Part shown: positions 9,751 to 18,339 of the stretch, one piece after another | Layout of the letters: each line of letters begins with the position of its first letter | How positions within the stretch are numbered: the stretch's first letter is position 1 | IMG/VR virus record: IMGVR_UViG_3300028024_000186 | Location: 1-62,328 of that record | Source of the DNA: a virus | Lineage: Duplodnaviria; Caudoviricetes | Strand: one strand, 5' to 3' | Length of the DNA: 62,328 nucleotides | Position numbers and translations under genes: made by a program | The notes under the pieces: generated by a model | The model's database searches: none | The model's input: the letters and a program-made list of their open reading frames with translations, nothing else | What the model was told of the DNA's origin: nothing

Positions 9751-10383
9751 TCAGGCTGCCAGCTTGCGCAGAGCAGCTACGTTGGACTGCACCAGCTTTT
9801 CGAACTCCCACAGGTCGGCAACCATCGCGTCGATGTAGTCGTCGTCACGCTCGATGCGCCAGCGGAAGAATTCCTTTACGGATTCGAGGGCGGGGCAGTA
9901 GATGCAGAAGTCCCACCACTTGCGGCCGGATAGCCAGATGTTTCCCTGCACCTGGTCCATGTACTTCTCCAGGTCCTGATCGATCAGCGTGGTGCGCAGC
10001 TCGTCAGGGGAGATGAGGCACTTGTACTCGGCGCCACCGTCTTTGCCGATCCAGCCGTCCGCGCTTGCCCCGAAGGCCCGGTCATCGGACAGGACCATGC
10101 CTACCGGCTGTACGTAGACCCCGATGTCGGCTTGGTGGGCGATGCGCGCATCCGGTTCAAGTTCGTGGCCGCGGCGCATTTGCCACGTCTCATGACCTTC
10201 GTTCAGGGGTGCACCGCTGATGCGCTCGATGGCGGTGCCGAAGGCGAGTTTGAGGGCGGTGTCAGACCAGTCACCACCACCACGCTTGCGAGAGCGGGCG
10301 ATACGGAAATTGCTGGCGGTGGTCACGCCGGCACGGGCTTGCAGCCACGCATCGCTGCCTTGGGCGCATTCGACGATCAACAT
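9751..10383 (-). CDS. YqaJ / lambda-exonuclease family nuclease
   Basis: QGSDAWLQARAG..TAS, RGHELEP, GASADG, EYKC and QVQG motifs. Confidence 0.92.
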   Translation of the reverse strand: MLIVECAQGSDAWLQARAGVTTASNFRIARSRKRGGGDWSDTALKLAFGTAIERISGAPLNEGHETWQMRRGHELEPDARIAHQADIGVYVQPVGMVLSDDRAFGASADGWIGKDGGAEYKCLISPDELRTTLIDQDLEKYMDQVQGNIWLSGRKWWDFCIYCPALESVKEFFRWRIERDDDYIDAMVADLWEFEKLVQSNVAALRKLAA

Positions 10384-10563
10384 TTACGCATCCTCCCAGC
10401 CACAATCCGGGCAATGCAGCGCCACCGACAAACAGGATGAGCAAGGCGGGCTGATATGGCAGGAGCAATTCTCGCTTTCTTGATACTCGATCACGCCAGT
10501 GCAGTTTTCGCGATTACATGTTTCCCCTTCCTGCGTGCCGACTTCTTCTTTATGTTCGCTCAT
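10384..10563 (-). CDS. Small Cys-rich protein (59 aa; CSCHISPPCSSC, CPDC)
   Basis: Translated by hand (below the ORF-track cutoff); exactly fills the gap between the ERF and YqaJ genes. Confidence 0.7.
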   Translation of the reverse strand: MSEHKEEVGTQEGETCNRENCTGVIEYQESENCSCHISPPCSSCLSVALHCPDCGWEDA

Positions 10564-11177
10564 GATGCCTCCCGCAGTTCCTGCATGCGCTGGTTGAAGT
10601 GATCGGCATACTTGGCCTTTTCCTCCTTGCTCAAGGCGCCCATGATCTTGCTGACCTCGCCGATGGTCTTGGCGTCGCGCATGCCGGCATGGACTTCCGG
10701 CGCCACCAGAGACTGGCCTGCGCCCCGGTCGTCGCCGTCCTCGTCCAGATCGTCATCGGCGGCCACGCCGAGCATGGCAGTCACGATGTACCGACGCAGG
10801 TAGGTGATCGTCGCGCCGAAGTTCTTGATGTCTCCATCGCCGCGCGGCACGCGCATGGTGGACTCGATCTGCGCGCCGCTGTCGTGGCCCAGGACGGTGC
10901 GAATGACGGTCACGCCATCGGCGTCGGTCACGAGCTGGAACAGGCAGATGCCGTTCTCGGAAAGAGCAGGCGTGGTCTTCTCGCGGATCTCTTGCAGATC
11001 GGCGTAGCTGAAGGAATAGGCCGCCTTCTCTCGCGGTCGGATCGTGACCGAACGATTCTTCGTGATCGGCTTGAAGGCGCCTTGTGCCTTGGCCAGCGCC
11101 GAGTACATCGGGCCCATGCCGCCTACTGGCGCCGGGGTGAGGTTGGTTTCGAGCGGCGGGATGTCGGTGCGGGTCAT
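10560..11177 (-). CDS. ERF-family single-strand annealing protein
   Basis: ALAKAQ, YSFSYADL and GATITYLRRY..MLGVAADDDLD signatures. Confidence 0.9.
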   Translation of the reverse strand: MTRTDIPPLETNLTPAPVGGMGPMYSALAKAQGAFKPITKNRSVTIRPREKAAYSFSYADLQEIREKTTPALSENGICLFQLVTDADGVTVIRTVLGHDSGAQIESTMRVPRGDGDIKNFGATITYLRRYIVTAMLGVAADDDLDEDGDDRGAGQSLVAPEVHAGMRDAKTIGEVSKIMGALSKEEKAKYADHFNQRMQELREAS

Positions 11178-11365
11178 GCTGATTCTCCGGCGGACTGGCT
11201 TTGGCCCAGGCGCTTCTCGCCACACGCGCACTTGTATTGGCCGCGATAACTGATCTGGACGCGGCCACCGGCCGGGCCGTAGCTAGCCTTGACCAGTTCC
11301 ACATTGCGAACGAATTCCCATTTGTGCTTGGGCGCCAGCGTGCACGGCTTCTGCTTCATTCTCAT
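11174..11365 (-). CDS. Small hypothetical protein (63 aa)
   Basis: ATGA-coupled at both ends; possible Zn ligands (C, H, CAC). Confidence 0.55.
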   Translation of the reverse strand: MRMKQKPCTLAPKHKWEFVRNVELVKASYGPAGGRVQISYRGQYKCACGEKRLGQSQSAGESA

Positions 11366-12612
11366 GCTGCGCTCCCGGTGGCCGCATTGATCGTGGCGTC
11401 GATGCGATCGGCCAGTTCGCCGGCAGGGACATGGGGGCGAGCCTCGACCAGCAGGGCCAGCAGTACGCCAGCTTGCTCGCGAACACGCTGGGCGGTTGCC
11501 TCTGCGGCTTCTTGCTCGCGGCGGCGAGCAGCGGCTTCCTCGCGCTGGCGCTGTTCCTCGGCGGCACGGGCTTCCGCTTGTCGGCGCGCTTCGGCCGCCC
11601 TCTCGTCGGCAATGCGCTTCGCTTCGGCCTGCTCGGCGGCCCGGGCGGCAGCCTCGGCGGCTTCCTTGGCTTCGCGTTCCCGCTTCTCCCGGTCTGCACG
11701 CAGTTGCTGCAACTCCTCGGCATCGCGTGCGGCAGCGAGCATCGTGTTCAGGTTGCTCAGTGCTGCCTCGATGGCTGCACCGGCATCGGCCTGAAACTCG
11801 CCGAAATCGTCTGCCGCCTCGCGGGCCAGCGAATCGATGCGTTGTTGGATTTGCTTCACGCCCAGCCCGATGCACGTCGATACCGCCGTCTCGATGGCGT
11901 GGATGCGGTCCTTGATGCCGGTAATACGCTGCCGCTCGGCTTCGGCCGCCTCCGCCTGGGCTTGCTGCGCGGCAGCCTCCGCCTGTTGTTGGGCACGCAT
12001 TGCCGCCAGTTCTTCGCGTGCCTTGGCGTTTTCCAGATGGACGCGGAGCGTGGTCAGGGCGCCTTCGACCGCTTCCTTGGCTTGGTCGGCATATTCCTGC
12101 CAGTCGCGCTGGCCGAGATACTTCGGCGATTCCAGGTCACGGATCGCGGCGACGACATCGGCCACGCTCGCGCTGAGATAGTCCTTCGGCAGGTTGATGA
12201 TCGCGTTCAGGCACGCTTGGTGGGCTGAGATGCGCGCGCTCTCGATGCGCGCCTTCTCGATACGTTCCTCGTCCTTGCGCCTCTGCTCGGCATCGACCAG
12301 ATCCTTGACGGGTTGCTCGATGGCCTTCACCGACGCCACGATCTCGTCGCGCTTCTCGCGAGCCCGCTTCTGGAGCGCCATCAGCGGGCGATTCCAGTTC
12401 GTGTACGCTTCCTCGGTCGCGGTGCGCGTGCCGATGCAACGCTGCACGAACTCGCGCGCCGCCTTGTTGCCCTCGGTCGTCTTTACGTCGAAGGCTTCGG
12501 CGCCTTCTTCGCGCAGCTTGGCGAGGCCGGCCTCGATGGGGTCATACAAGGCGAGGGCGGTCGCCGACTCCGCCGGAGCTGCGTCCAGCACTTCCATTTC
12601 AGGTGATTCCAT
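11362..12612 (-). CDS. Coiled-coil protein with an internal duplication, in the recombination module
   Basis: 416-aa A/E/R-rich ORF upstream of ERF with two similar helical blocks. Confidence 0.8.
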   Translation of the reverse strand: MESPEMEVLDAAPAESATALALYDPIEAGLAKLREEGAEAFDVKTTEGNKAAREFVQRCIGTRTATEEAYTNWNRPLMALQKRAREKRDEIVASVKAIEQPVKDLVDAEQRRKDEERIEKARIESARISAHQACLNAIINLPKDYLSASVADVVAAIRDLESPKYLGQRDWQEYADQAKEAVEGALTTLRVHLENAKAREELAAMRAQQQAEAAAQQAQAEAAEAERQRITGIKDRIHAIETAVSTCIGLGVKQIQQRIDSLAREAADDFGEFQADAGAAIEAALSNLNTMLAAARDAEELQQLRADREKREREAKEAAEAAARAAEQAEAKRIADERAAEARRQAEARAAEEQRQREEAAARRREQEAAEATAQRVREQAGVLLALLVEARPHVPAGELADRIDATINAATGSAA

Positions 12613-12620
12613 GATTGTCC

Positions 12621-12734
12621 TCAGCGGATCGGGATCAGTTCAAGGCTGCCGTCTGCGCGGCAGCGACCAGAGTGTTTGAGGCCAGCGGCGCGCAGGAAGC
12701 GCACCCATGCGACCATCGGGGTGTCGTCCTTCAT
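12621..12734 (-). CDS. Small hypothetical protein
   Basis: ATGA coupling; MKDDTPMVAWVRFL... Confidence 0.4.
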   Translation of the reverse strand: MKDDTPMVAWVRFLRAAGLKHSGRCRADGSLELIPIR

Positions 12735-12877
12735 GTCGACCACCCAGGAAGAATCGAGATCGTTTCGTTGTCCGCCACGCAGGCGTACAGCAGCACGATG
12801 GCGAGGGCCAGGAGAGTGCCGAAGATCCACGGATGACGGCGCTCGAAGCGGCAGAGGAAGTCGTCGCGGCGGTTCAT
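12731..12877 (-). CDS. Small membrane protein
   Basis: One TM segment (WIFGTLLALAIVLLYACV); ATGA coupling. Confidence 0.55.
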   Translation of the reverse strand: MNRRDDFLCRFERRHPWIFGTLLALAIVLLYACVADNETISILPGWST

Positions 12878-13440
12878 GCGGCGACCTCCGCTCCCAACAG
12901 AACATCGCTCACCACGTCCCAGAGCCGCGAGGGCGCCCACTGGAATCGATCGAAGTCCGCATCCGGCCGGACGCCGGCAAGACAAGTCGAATGAGCACCC
13001 TTACGGAATTCCTCGAACTTGCGCATGAGAGTGGCAACCCTGCCGTCTCCGCCCGCTTCAGTGCGGTGATATGCATACGCACTGACGTGGTATTCATCGC
13101 CGGCCTCAATGGCGTGGCGGTAGTCCTGAACTAGATCGCATCGCCCATCGGGCACCCAAGGCCGTCCACCACGGGCTGTGCGAGCGCCTTCATGCAGGTA
13201 CATGACGTACTCGCCTTCGTCCGTGGGGTAGTGGCGATAGCCGACGTCGATTTGAGTGCCGACCAGAACGCGCGAGCGGAAGCTGAAACGGTGGTCGTGA
13301 ATCGACGAGTGCTCGAAGCACCTGCGGCGCGGCAACTCCGGATGCCAGACATGCAGGCGCTGGTTGTTGGGCAGTTGAACTTGGACAAAACCGAGGCCGT
13401 GCAGCGTGATCTTGTCGGTCATGATGTCGTCGATGATCAT
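12874..13440 (-). CDS. Cupin-like protein
   Basis: RLHVWHP..IHDHRFSFRSRVLVG..YH pattern. Confidence 0.6.
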   Translation of the reverse strand: MIIDDIMTDKITLHGLGFVQVQLPNNQRLHVWHPELPRRRCFEHSSIHDHRFSFRSRVLVGTQIDVGYRHYPTDEGEYVMYLHEGARTARGGRPWVPDGRCDLVQDYRHAIEAGDEYHVSAYAYHRTEAGGDGRVATLMRKFEEFRKGAHSTCLAGVRPDADFDRFQWAPSRLWDVVSDVLLGAEVAA

Positions 13441-13613
13441 GCGCGCTCCTTGGACTTCGCGAGCGCAGCCTTCGCGTCGCGATAGAGGGTGGTGGTAGGA
13501 GCGCTCTCGCTGGCCATCTCATCGACCATGATGTAGCGCTCGACGATGGCCACGAGTTCACCGATGAGGTTGTCGTGATCGGCCTGGCGGGCGGCTGCTT
13601 GAGTGGCGGTCAT
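13437..13613 (-). CDS. Hypothetical protein
   Basis: ATGA-coupled; ends in the common phage motif AKAALAK. Confidence 0.5.
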   Translation of the reverse strand: MTATQAAARQADHDNLIGELVAIVERYIMVDEMASESAPTTTLYRDAKAALAKSKERA

Positions 13614-13945
13614 GCTGCGGCCCCGGTGGCTTTGGCGAGGGCGGCCCTGCGCTTGGCGCCGACCATCACCTCGTAGTCCCATTCGGGGTCAAGCGCACCA
13701 TCTGCTGCCCGAGCTTGCCACTCTTCCTCAAGTCGCAGCGCTTCTAGCAACTCTGGTGCAGCGGCGATCAGGTATGCATTCGCTTCCTCCACCGTGCCCG
13801 GCTTCGCGCAGTACACCATCGCCACCTCGATGGGGTGGATATCGCCCCGCTGACTCTCGGAGTAGATAGCGCAGATCGAGTCCGCCCTCTCGACGTACGG
13901 ATGCCTCCAGGCCGCGAACCACGGCCCCGGCGTATGCGTGCTCAT
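13610..13945 (-). CDS. Conserved phage hypothetical protein (HTPGPW...NAYLIAAAPELLEAL family)
   Basis: Motif recognition. Confidence 0.8.
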   Translation of the reverse strand: MSTHTPGPWFAAWRHPYVERADSICAIYSESQRGDIHPIEVAMVYCAKPGTVEEANAYLIAAAPELLEALRLEEEWQARAADGALDPEWDYEVMVGAKRRAALAKATGAAA

Positions 13946-14217
13946 GCTGCGACCCCCAAGAAACGTCCCTCATTGCGACGACGATCCGCAGCGTCGGAAG
14001 CCTCGCGCGCCTGGTCTTCGAGATACGCATCCAGCGCGAGGTCAGCGACTTCATCGAGATCATGGAAGTCGGTCACATCCACGCCCGAATCGGTGACGGT
14101 GGCCACCTCGAAGCAATCCCCCTGGCCGGGTTCTTCGTGGGAGGTCTCGTAGCCGCGCAGGTAGTTGCCAGTCACCTGCAGGCTCACGCCGTCGAGTTCG
14201 ATGGTTACGGTTTGCAT
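13942..14217 (-). CDS. Acidic hypothetical protein
   Basis: ORF in the operon with a GAGG RBS. Confidence 0.65.
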   Translation of the reverse strand: MQTVTIELDGVSLQVTGNYLRGYETSHEEPGQGDCFEVATVTDSGVDVTDFHDLDEVADLALDAYLEDQAREASDAADRRRNEGRFLGVAA

Positions 14218-14227
14218 GACGGGCCCC

Positions 14228-14644
14228 TCAGATCAGACCGTAGTAGCGAACCTCGACCACCAGATCGCCGGTCGCTTCATCCTTGCGAGGCGTGCTGATA
14301 GAGGGGCTGCGGTAGGCGTCGATGGAAGCCTTGAGGGTCTGCGCGCGCTGACGGAGGGCCTGCTCGTCCTTGCTGCGCAAGGTGTAGGCTCCACCCGAAC
14401 CCTGTGGGCGGTGCCAGCTCGAAACGACGGCCGGCACGGCCGCGGCCTGATCCCGTTCCCAGCTGGCGTTGGCGCTTGCCACCAACTGATCCCGTAGATC
14501 GGTGTAATGCGCCTCACGGTGAAGCCGGCGCGTCTCTTCACCCTCAACACCCGGAAGGGTCATCTGATCGATGGCCACGAAGGCGATGAGGGCTTTGGTG
14601 CGGTCATCCGGGGAAATCCGGCTGACGATTTCGGCGGGCGTCAT
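14228..14644 (-). CDS. Hypothetical protein
   Basis: ORF with a GGGGAG RBS. Confidence 0.65.
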   Translation of the reverse strand: MTPAEIVSRISPDDRTKALIAFVAIDQMTLPGVEGEETRRLHREAHYTDLRDQLVASANASWERDQAAAVPAVVSSWHRPQGSGGAYTLRSKDEQALRQRAQTLKASIDAYRSPSISTPRKDEATGDLVVEVRYYGLI

Positions 14645-14653
14645 GTCTCCCCC

Positions 14654-15334
14654 TTACGCAACTTCGGATTCGGTGGCATCGACCTCGTCGACGGACTCGC
14701 TCGCGTCGATGTGCGAGCGAGCTACCTCGATGAGAAGGTGATATTCGCGGCCGACCTTTGAGTCGGTGCCGTGGCGCTTGTCCACGGCCGCTAGGAATTC
14801 GATATCGGTACCCAGAAAACAGCCGCGCGAAACCATGAGGCCAGCCTTGGCGCGGAACACGGTCAACGTTCCATTCTCGCTACCCACCTTGGAGAACCAG
14901 ACCAGTTGCGCGTTGCCGGAGACCCGCGCGTCGCCGTAGACCCGCGCGTCGCCGTAGACCCACGCGTCGCCGGAGACCCGCGCGTTGCCGGAGACCCGCG
15001 CGTCGCCGTAGACCCGCGCGTCGCCGTAGACCCGCGCGTCGCCGGAGACCCACGCGTCGCCGTAGACCCGCGCGTCGCCGTAGACCCACGCGTCGCCGGA
15101 GACCCACGCGTCGCCGTAGACCCGCGCGTCGCCGTAGACCCACGCGTCGCCGGAGACCCACGCGTTGCCGTCCTCGTCCACGTTCTCGGTCTTTTCGACA
15201 TAGCCACCAGTCTCGCCGGCGGAGACGATGCCAAAGGAGATCAGGGCTCGGATACGGAACAACTTGCAGCCGAAGACCTCGATGGCACTGTCGGCGAGAA
15301 GTTCGAACTTCTTGTTGCGGGTGGTGGCGGACAT
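14654..15334 (-). CDS. Hexapeptide-repeat (beta-helix-like) phage protein, first gene of the leftward operon
   Basis: LFRIRAL..GETGGYVE head followed by 14 G(N/D)A(W/R)V(S/Y) repeats. Confidence 0.85.
   Translation of the reverse strand: MSATTRNKKFELLADSAIEVFGCKLFRIRALISFGIVSAGETGGYVEKTENVDEDGNAWVSGDAWVYGDARVYGDAWVSGDAWVYGDARVYGDAWVSGDARVYGDARVYGDARVSGNARVSGDAWVYGDARVYGDARVSGNAQLVWFSKVGSENGTLTVFRAKAGLMVSRGCFLGTDIEFLAAVDKRHGTDSKVGREYHLLIEVARSHIDASESVDEVDATESEVA
14910..15170. repeat. Tandem array of 14.5 copies of an 18-bp unit
   Basis: gcgt(t/c)gccg(g/t)agaccc(g/a)c units with no spacers. Confidence 0.95.
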
Positions 15335-15382
15335 CCCTGCTCTCCATCGGTTGGTTGGCACCTAGTGGTGCGTCGATGGAGA

Positions 15383-15426
15383 AAACTATACACCAATGAA
15401 TAGATAAATCAATACGCAAATGAATA
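15383..15426 (-). promoter_or_regulatory. pL-like promoter with two 16-bp operators (15387-15402, 15411-15426)
   Basis: TATACAccaaTGAATA and AATACGcaaaTGAATA, 24 bp apart; TTGATT-18-TAGTTT on the minus strand. Confidence 0.75.
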
Positions 15427-15480
15427 ATTTTGCGTAAGACTTTGGCGGGGCTGGCAAGTGCCGTCTAGCGGACGGCGCCC

Positions 15481-15795
15481 CTACCTGGTTGCGATGATGT
15501 TAGCTTGAGCTGCGATCGCGAGTGTGCGAACGGTATCGGCCAGGATCTCTATGGCCTGCGCCCGGATATGGGGAAAGGTGCTCACGACTCTTACTAAGAG
15601 GTCTAGTAGAGAGCGGATGAGCAGCATGGGGTCATCCGCATATACCCCTCCGACGCTGGCCCGATAGGTGCCTCCGTGACCGTGCCTGAAGGTGACGCGG
15701 TCTTCAGCCGGATCGTCGTCCGGCGGGCGTGCCCGCACCTGCTGTCTCGCCGTCCGCCCTTGCCGGAAGGCTGACATCTGAATGATGTTGTCCAT
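15481..15795 (-). CDS. Hypothetical protein
   Basis: 104-aa ORF between a terminator and pL. Confidence 0.55.
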   Translation of the reverse strand: MDNIIQMSAFRQGRTARQQVRARPPDDDPAEDRVTFRHGHGGTYRASVGGVYADDPMLLIRSLLDLLVRVVSTFPHIRAQAIEILADTVRTLAIAAQANIIATR

Positions 15796-15936
15796 GACCC
15801 CGTCTTCTAATTTTTGGGCAAGAATCGGTCTTGCCTTTCAGGCAGATTACGGGGAGGGTGGGGTACTAGGGCACCCCTCTCCGGTTGGGAGACAGACGGC
15901 TCTGCCGACAAGCGGCAGATGGACCGCCACAAATGC

Positions 15937-15962
15937 AAAAGCCCGCCTCAGTGGGCGGGCTT
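15937..15962 (-). terminator. Rho-independent terminator ending the cI-downstream cassette
   Basis: aaaagcccgcc-tcagt-gggcgggctt hairpin with a U-run on the minus strand. Confidence 0.75.
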
Positions 15963-15980
15963 ATGGTGGAGCAGGGGCTG

Positions 15981-16274
15981 CTAGCTGATCAGTTTAGCCG
16001 CCGCGAACGCCAGCCCCGTCAATGTGCACGCGGTGCCGATAAACCACTTCAGCAGCGTACCCTCCAGTATCGATACATCCGCCTTGGATGCAACATGGTC
16101 GAGTTTCGTCTCGATGCGCGCGAGGCGTTCGCGGGCACCAATGTTGGCATCTTCAAGGGCTTTGACTCTGGATTCCATGCCATCATTATAGGGTGGCTCG
16201 CCGCTATTCGAGCCCTCTTGGCGCGCGGAGCCACCGCGCCCCTTGGCGGCGCTACTGAACGGCACGACGCTCAT
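15981..16274 (-). CDS. Coiled-coil protein with a C-terminal TM anchor
   Basis: PPYNDGMESRVKALE...ASKADV...KWFIGTACTLTGLAFAAAKL. Confidence 0.75.
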   Translation of the reverse strand: MSVVPFSSAAKGRGGSARQEGSNSGEPPYNDGMESRVKALEDANIGARERLARIETKLDHVASKADVSILEGTLLKWFIGTACTLTGLAFAAAKLIS

Positions 16275-16513
16275 GGATTCTCCGATTTCATCAGCTCAGT
16301 AAGCTTATGGTGCGCTTGAAACCCGCAGTTCAGGCACTGCATCCGGATTGCGCCATCCACCACTTCAACTTCGAGAATATCGAGTGGCCCCGCATAGTCC
16401 GGGGCTGGCGCCTCAACAAAGAAGTCAATCTTTCCTCGCGTACACCGAGGGCAATCTTGGCGCATGCCGCGCCGCTCGATTAACTCTTGGAGTTCGCCGG
16501 CAGTGATGGGCAT
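16271..16513 (-). CDS. Small Zn-ribbon protein
   Basis: CPRC...CLNC; coupled to its neighbours. Confidence 0.65.
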   Translation of the reverse strand: MPITAGELQELIERRGMRQDCPRCTRGKIDFFVEAPAPDYAGPLDILEVEVVDGAIRMQCLNCGFQAHHKLTELMKSENP

Positions 16514-16815
16514 CAGTATTGGTAGTTCTGGCGCGGCTGCTGGGTCTGGCCGGATGGCTGGCCAAATGACTGATTGAATTGCGGTGGGTTGCTGTACTCG
16601 TCCTTCTGGTGCCCACGCTGACCCGTGTAGGGATTTACCCCACCATACTGGTTGTTCTCGGCATTGTAGTTGTTGGAGCGCAACTGATCGGGGTTGGACC
16701 GCATATGGCCCTCGCGGTAGTTTCCGTTTTTGTCGATGGAGGGGCGGACGTAGGTCTGGGCGCTCGCGCTAGTGGCACAAACAAGTAGCGCGGCGAGAAT
16801 GGCGGCTGTTCTCAT
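16513..16815 (-). CDS. Secreted hypothetical protein
   Basis: Signal peptide ending ASA; YVRPSIDKNGNYREGHMRS and NPYTG motifs. Confidence 0.75.
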   Translation of the reverse strand: MRTAAILAALLVCATSASAQTYVRPSIDKNGNYREGHMRSNPDQLRSNNYNAENNQYGGVNPYTGQRGHQKDEYSNPPQFNQSFGQPSGQTQQPRQNYQY

Positions 16816-16823
16816 TTTGTATC

Positions 16824-17081
16824 CTATGTCACAAAGAATCGGTAGATACCGTAGATAAAGAAACCCATTGCGATATATGTGCCGAACGGAACGAAGCCTA
16901 TAATCAGTAACGCAATGACTAGCGCGAAAATATGCCAAACGCCCAAGGCAGCAGCAACGCCTTCAGTCACGGCTCCCAGAACGAAGACGCCAAAAACCAT
17001 AGTCCCAATAAGCATTGGGAGCCCGCTGGCTGATGCTGATCTGGCTAACTCTTGGAATTTCTTGACCTTCCCGAACTGCAT
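16824..17081 (-). CDS. Small multi-TM membrane protein
   Basis: Strongly hydrophobic 85-aa ORF, AT-richer than average. Confidence 0.65.
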   Translation of the reverse strand: MQFGKVKKFQELARSASASGLPMLIGTMVFGVFVLGAVTEGVAAALGVWHIFALVIALLIIGFVPFGTYIAMGFFIYGIYRFFVT

Positions 17082-17119
17082 GTCCGCCCCCGGTATTTAT
17101 TTTCTCTAGGTCCAATCAG

Positions 17120-17416
17120 CTAACTGGCCGCCTGCTGGGCGATACATTTGAAAGTCAATTCGGATTCAAGCGGGGTCCAGCCCCGCGCACCGTGGGTCTT
17201 CATATCGACCTGCTCCATCTGCTTCCCCTGTTCCTTGCAGTAGGCATCTGCGCGTCGAAGGCTGCTCGCCTTAATTTCTTGCCAGGAATCGACGCCGCCC
17301 ATGTGTCTGGTGCCGACGGTGTAGTTGCCGTTCCCGGCCGGGCTGACTTCCGAAACAGTAGTGCAGCCGGCGAGAATCAGGCCAAGCACACCCATCCCCA
17401 ATATTTTTGTTCTCAC
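17120..17416 (-). CDS. Lipoprotein (superinfection exclusion candidate)
   Basis: Lipobox LAGC after a hydrophobic stretch; GTG start inferred. Confidence 0.75.
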   Translation of the reverse strand: MRTKILGMGVLGLILAGCTTVSEVSPAGNGNYTVGTRHMGGVDSWQEIKASSLRRADAYCKEQGKQMEQVDMKTHGARGWTPLESELTFKCIAQQAAS

Positions 17417-17489
17417 GTTTTTGACCCCGTTATCTATCCCTAGAAGGTAGCGCGATAGATGGTAGTTCGGCTCCCCCGCCGAAGTGGGG

Positions 17490-18017
17490 CTACTTTGATT
17501 TGTGGGTGCGGCGGCTCTTTTCTGGCGCAATGGATTGGTCGGCACCGCTGCCGCTGTATTCGTACTGATTCTTCTCGCGCGAAAACACAGGTAGATCATC
17601 GCTCATCGCACCATCTTCCGGCGACTCGCCGCGCAAATCCTGAAGCAAGCCAAGAGCCCTTGATAGCGCGCCATCGGACAGGCTGGTCAAGATGGCAATG
17701 GCCTGTGACATCTGCATTTCTCGGAGAACTCTTGCGCGCTCCGCGACCTCATCTACCGTTGGCGCGGCTGGCTGCGCACCTACGGCAGGTTCTCCGGCGT
17801 ACTGAACGTGATCATCCGGCCCATCCGCGAGCCAAGTGGTAGTAACCCCTAAGGCTGCTGCCAGCTTCTTCACCGTGGACAGTTCCGGCGTATCGGTCTT
17901 GCCCTTCAATACGCGAGCAATAGTTGGCTGCGGCACGCCAGACAAGCGGCTCAGAGCGCTCTGACCCTTGATCTTGCGCTCGCGCATCATCCGGTCGATT
18001 CGTGTTGCGATTCCCAT
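17490..18017 (-). CDS. CI-like XRE HTH repressor with no S24 peptidase domain
   Basis: QSALSRLSGVPQPTIARVLKG HTH; divergent from cro across operators; start could instead be 18026. Confidence 0.85.
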   Translation of the reverse strand: MGIATRIDRMMRERKIKGQSALSRLSGVPQPTIARVLKGKTDTPELSTVKKLAAALGVTTTWLADGPDDHVQYAGEPAVGAQPAAPTVDEVAERARVLREMQMSQAIAILTSLSDGALSRALGLLQDLRGESPEDGAMSDDLPVFSREKNQYEYSGSGADQSIAPEKSRRTHKSK

Positions 18018-18023
18018 GCTCGA

Positions 18024-18101
18024 CATATACGTGCGCGTATAGATGGGCGTCAAATTTCTATTCATGTATGCATTGACAATCTATTCATTCGTGTATAGAT
18101 T
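18024..18101. promoter_or_regulatory. oR region: three 16-bp operators (18026-18041, 18059-18074, 18082-18097), pR and pRM
   Basis: TATACGtgcgCGTATA, TATTCAtgtaTGCATT and TATTCAttcgTGTATA; pR TTGACA(18073)-17-TAGATT; pRM TTGACG-18-TATATG on the minus strand. Confidence 0.8.
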
Positions 18102-18108
18102 TGCAGGC

Positions 18109-18339
18109 ATGGACAAAACACATCAATCCAAGCTCGCCGAGATCAAGGCGCGAACGGACCTCAGCGAAGTCGCCTTGGCCCGGAAGCTTGGCGTCTCCCA
18201 GCCGACGGTGAATCGCATCCTCAAGGGCCAAGCCGACTGCAAGGGGAGCACGCTGCTCGCCATTGACCAGTTACACGCCAGCGTGTTCGGTGTGGGCGCC
18301 AAAACCGGCGCCAGCCGGGCGGTCGCCGAGGCGTCGTGA
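18109..18339 (+). CDS. cro: Cro-like HTH protein
   Basis: SEVALARKLGVSQPTVNRILKG; recognition helix QPT shared with the repressor; directly downstream of pR. Confidence 0.85.
   Translation: MDKTHQSKLAEIKARTDLSEVALARKLGVSQPTVNRILKGQADCKGSTLLAIDQLHASVFGVGAKTGASRAVAEAS

Noticed and set aside
14910-15170. CRISPR array
   Set aside because: Units are contiguous with no unique spacers, encode an in-frame hexapeptide repeat, and no cas genes are present
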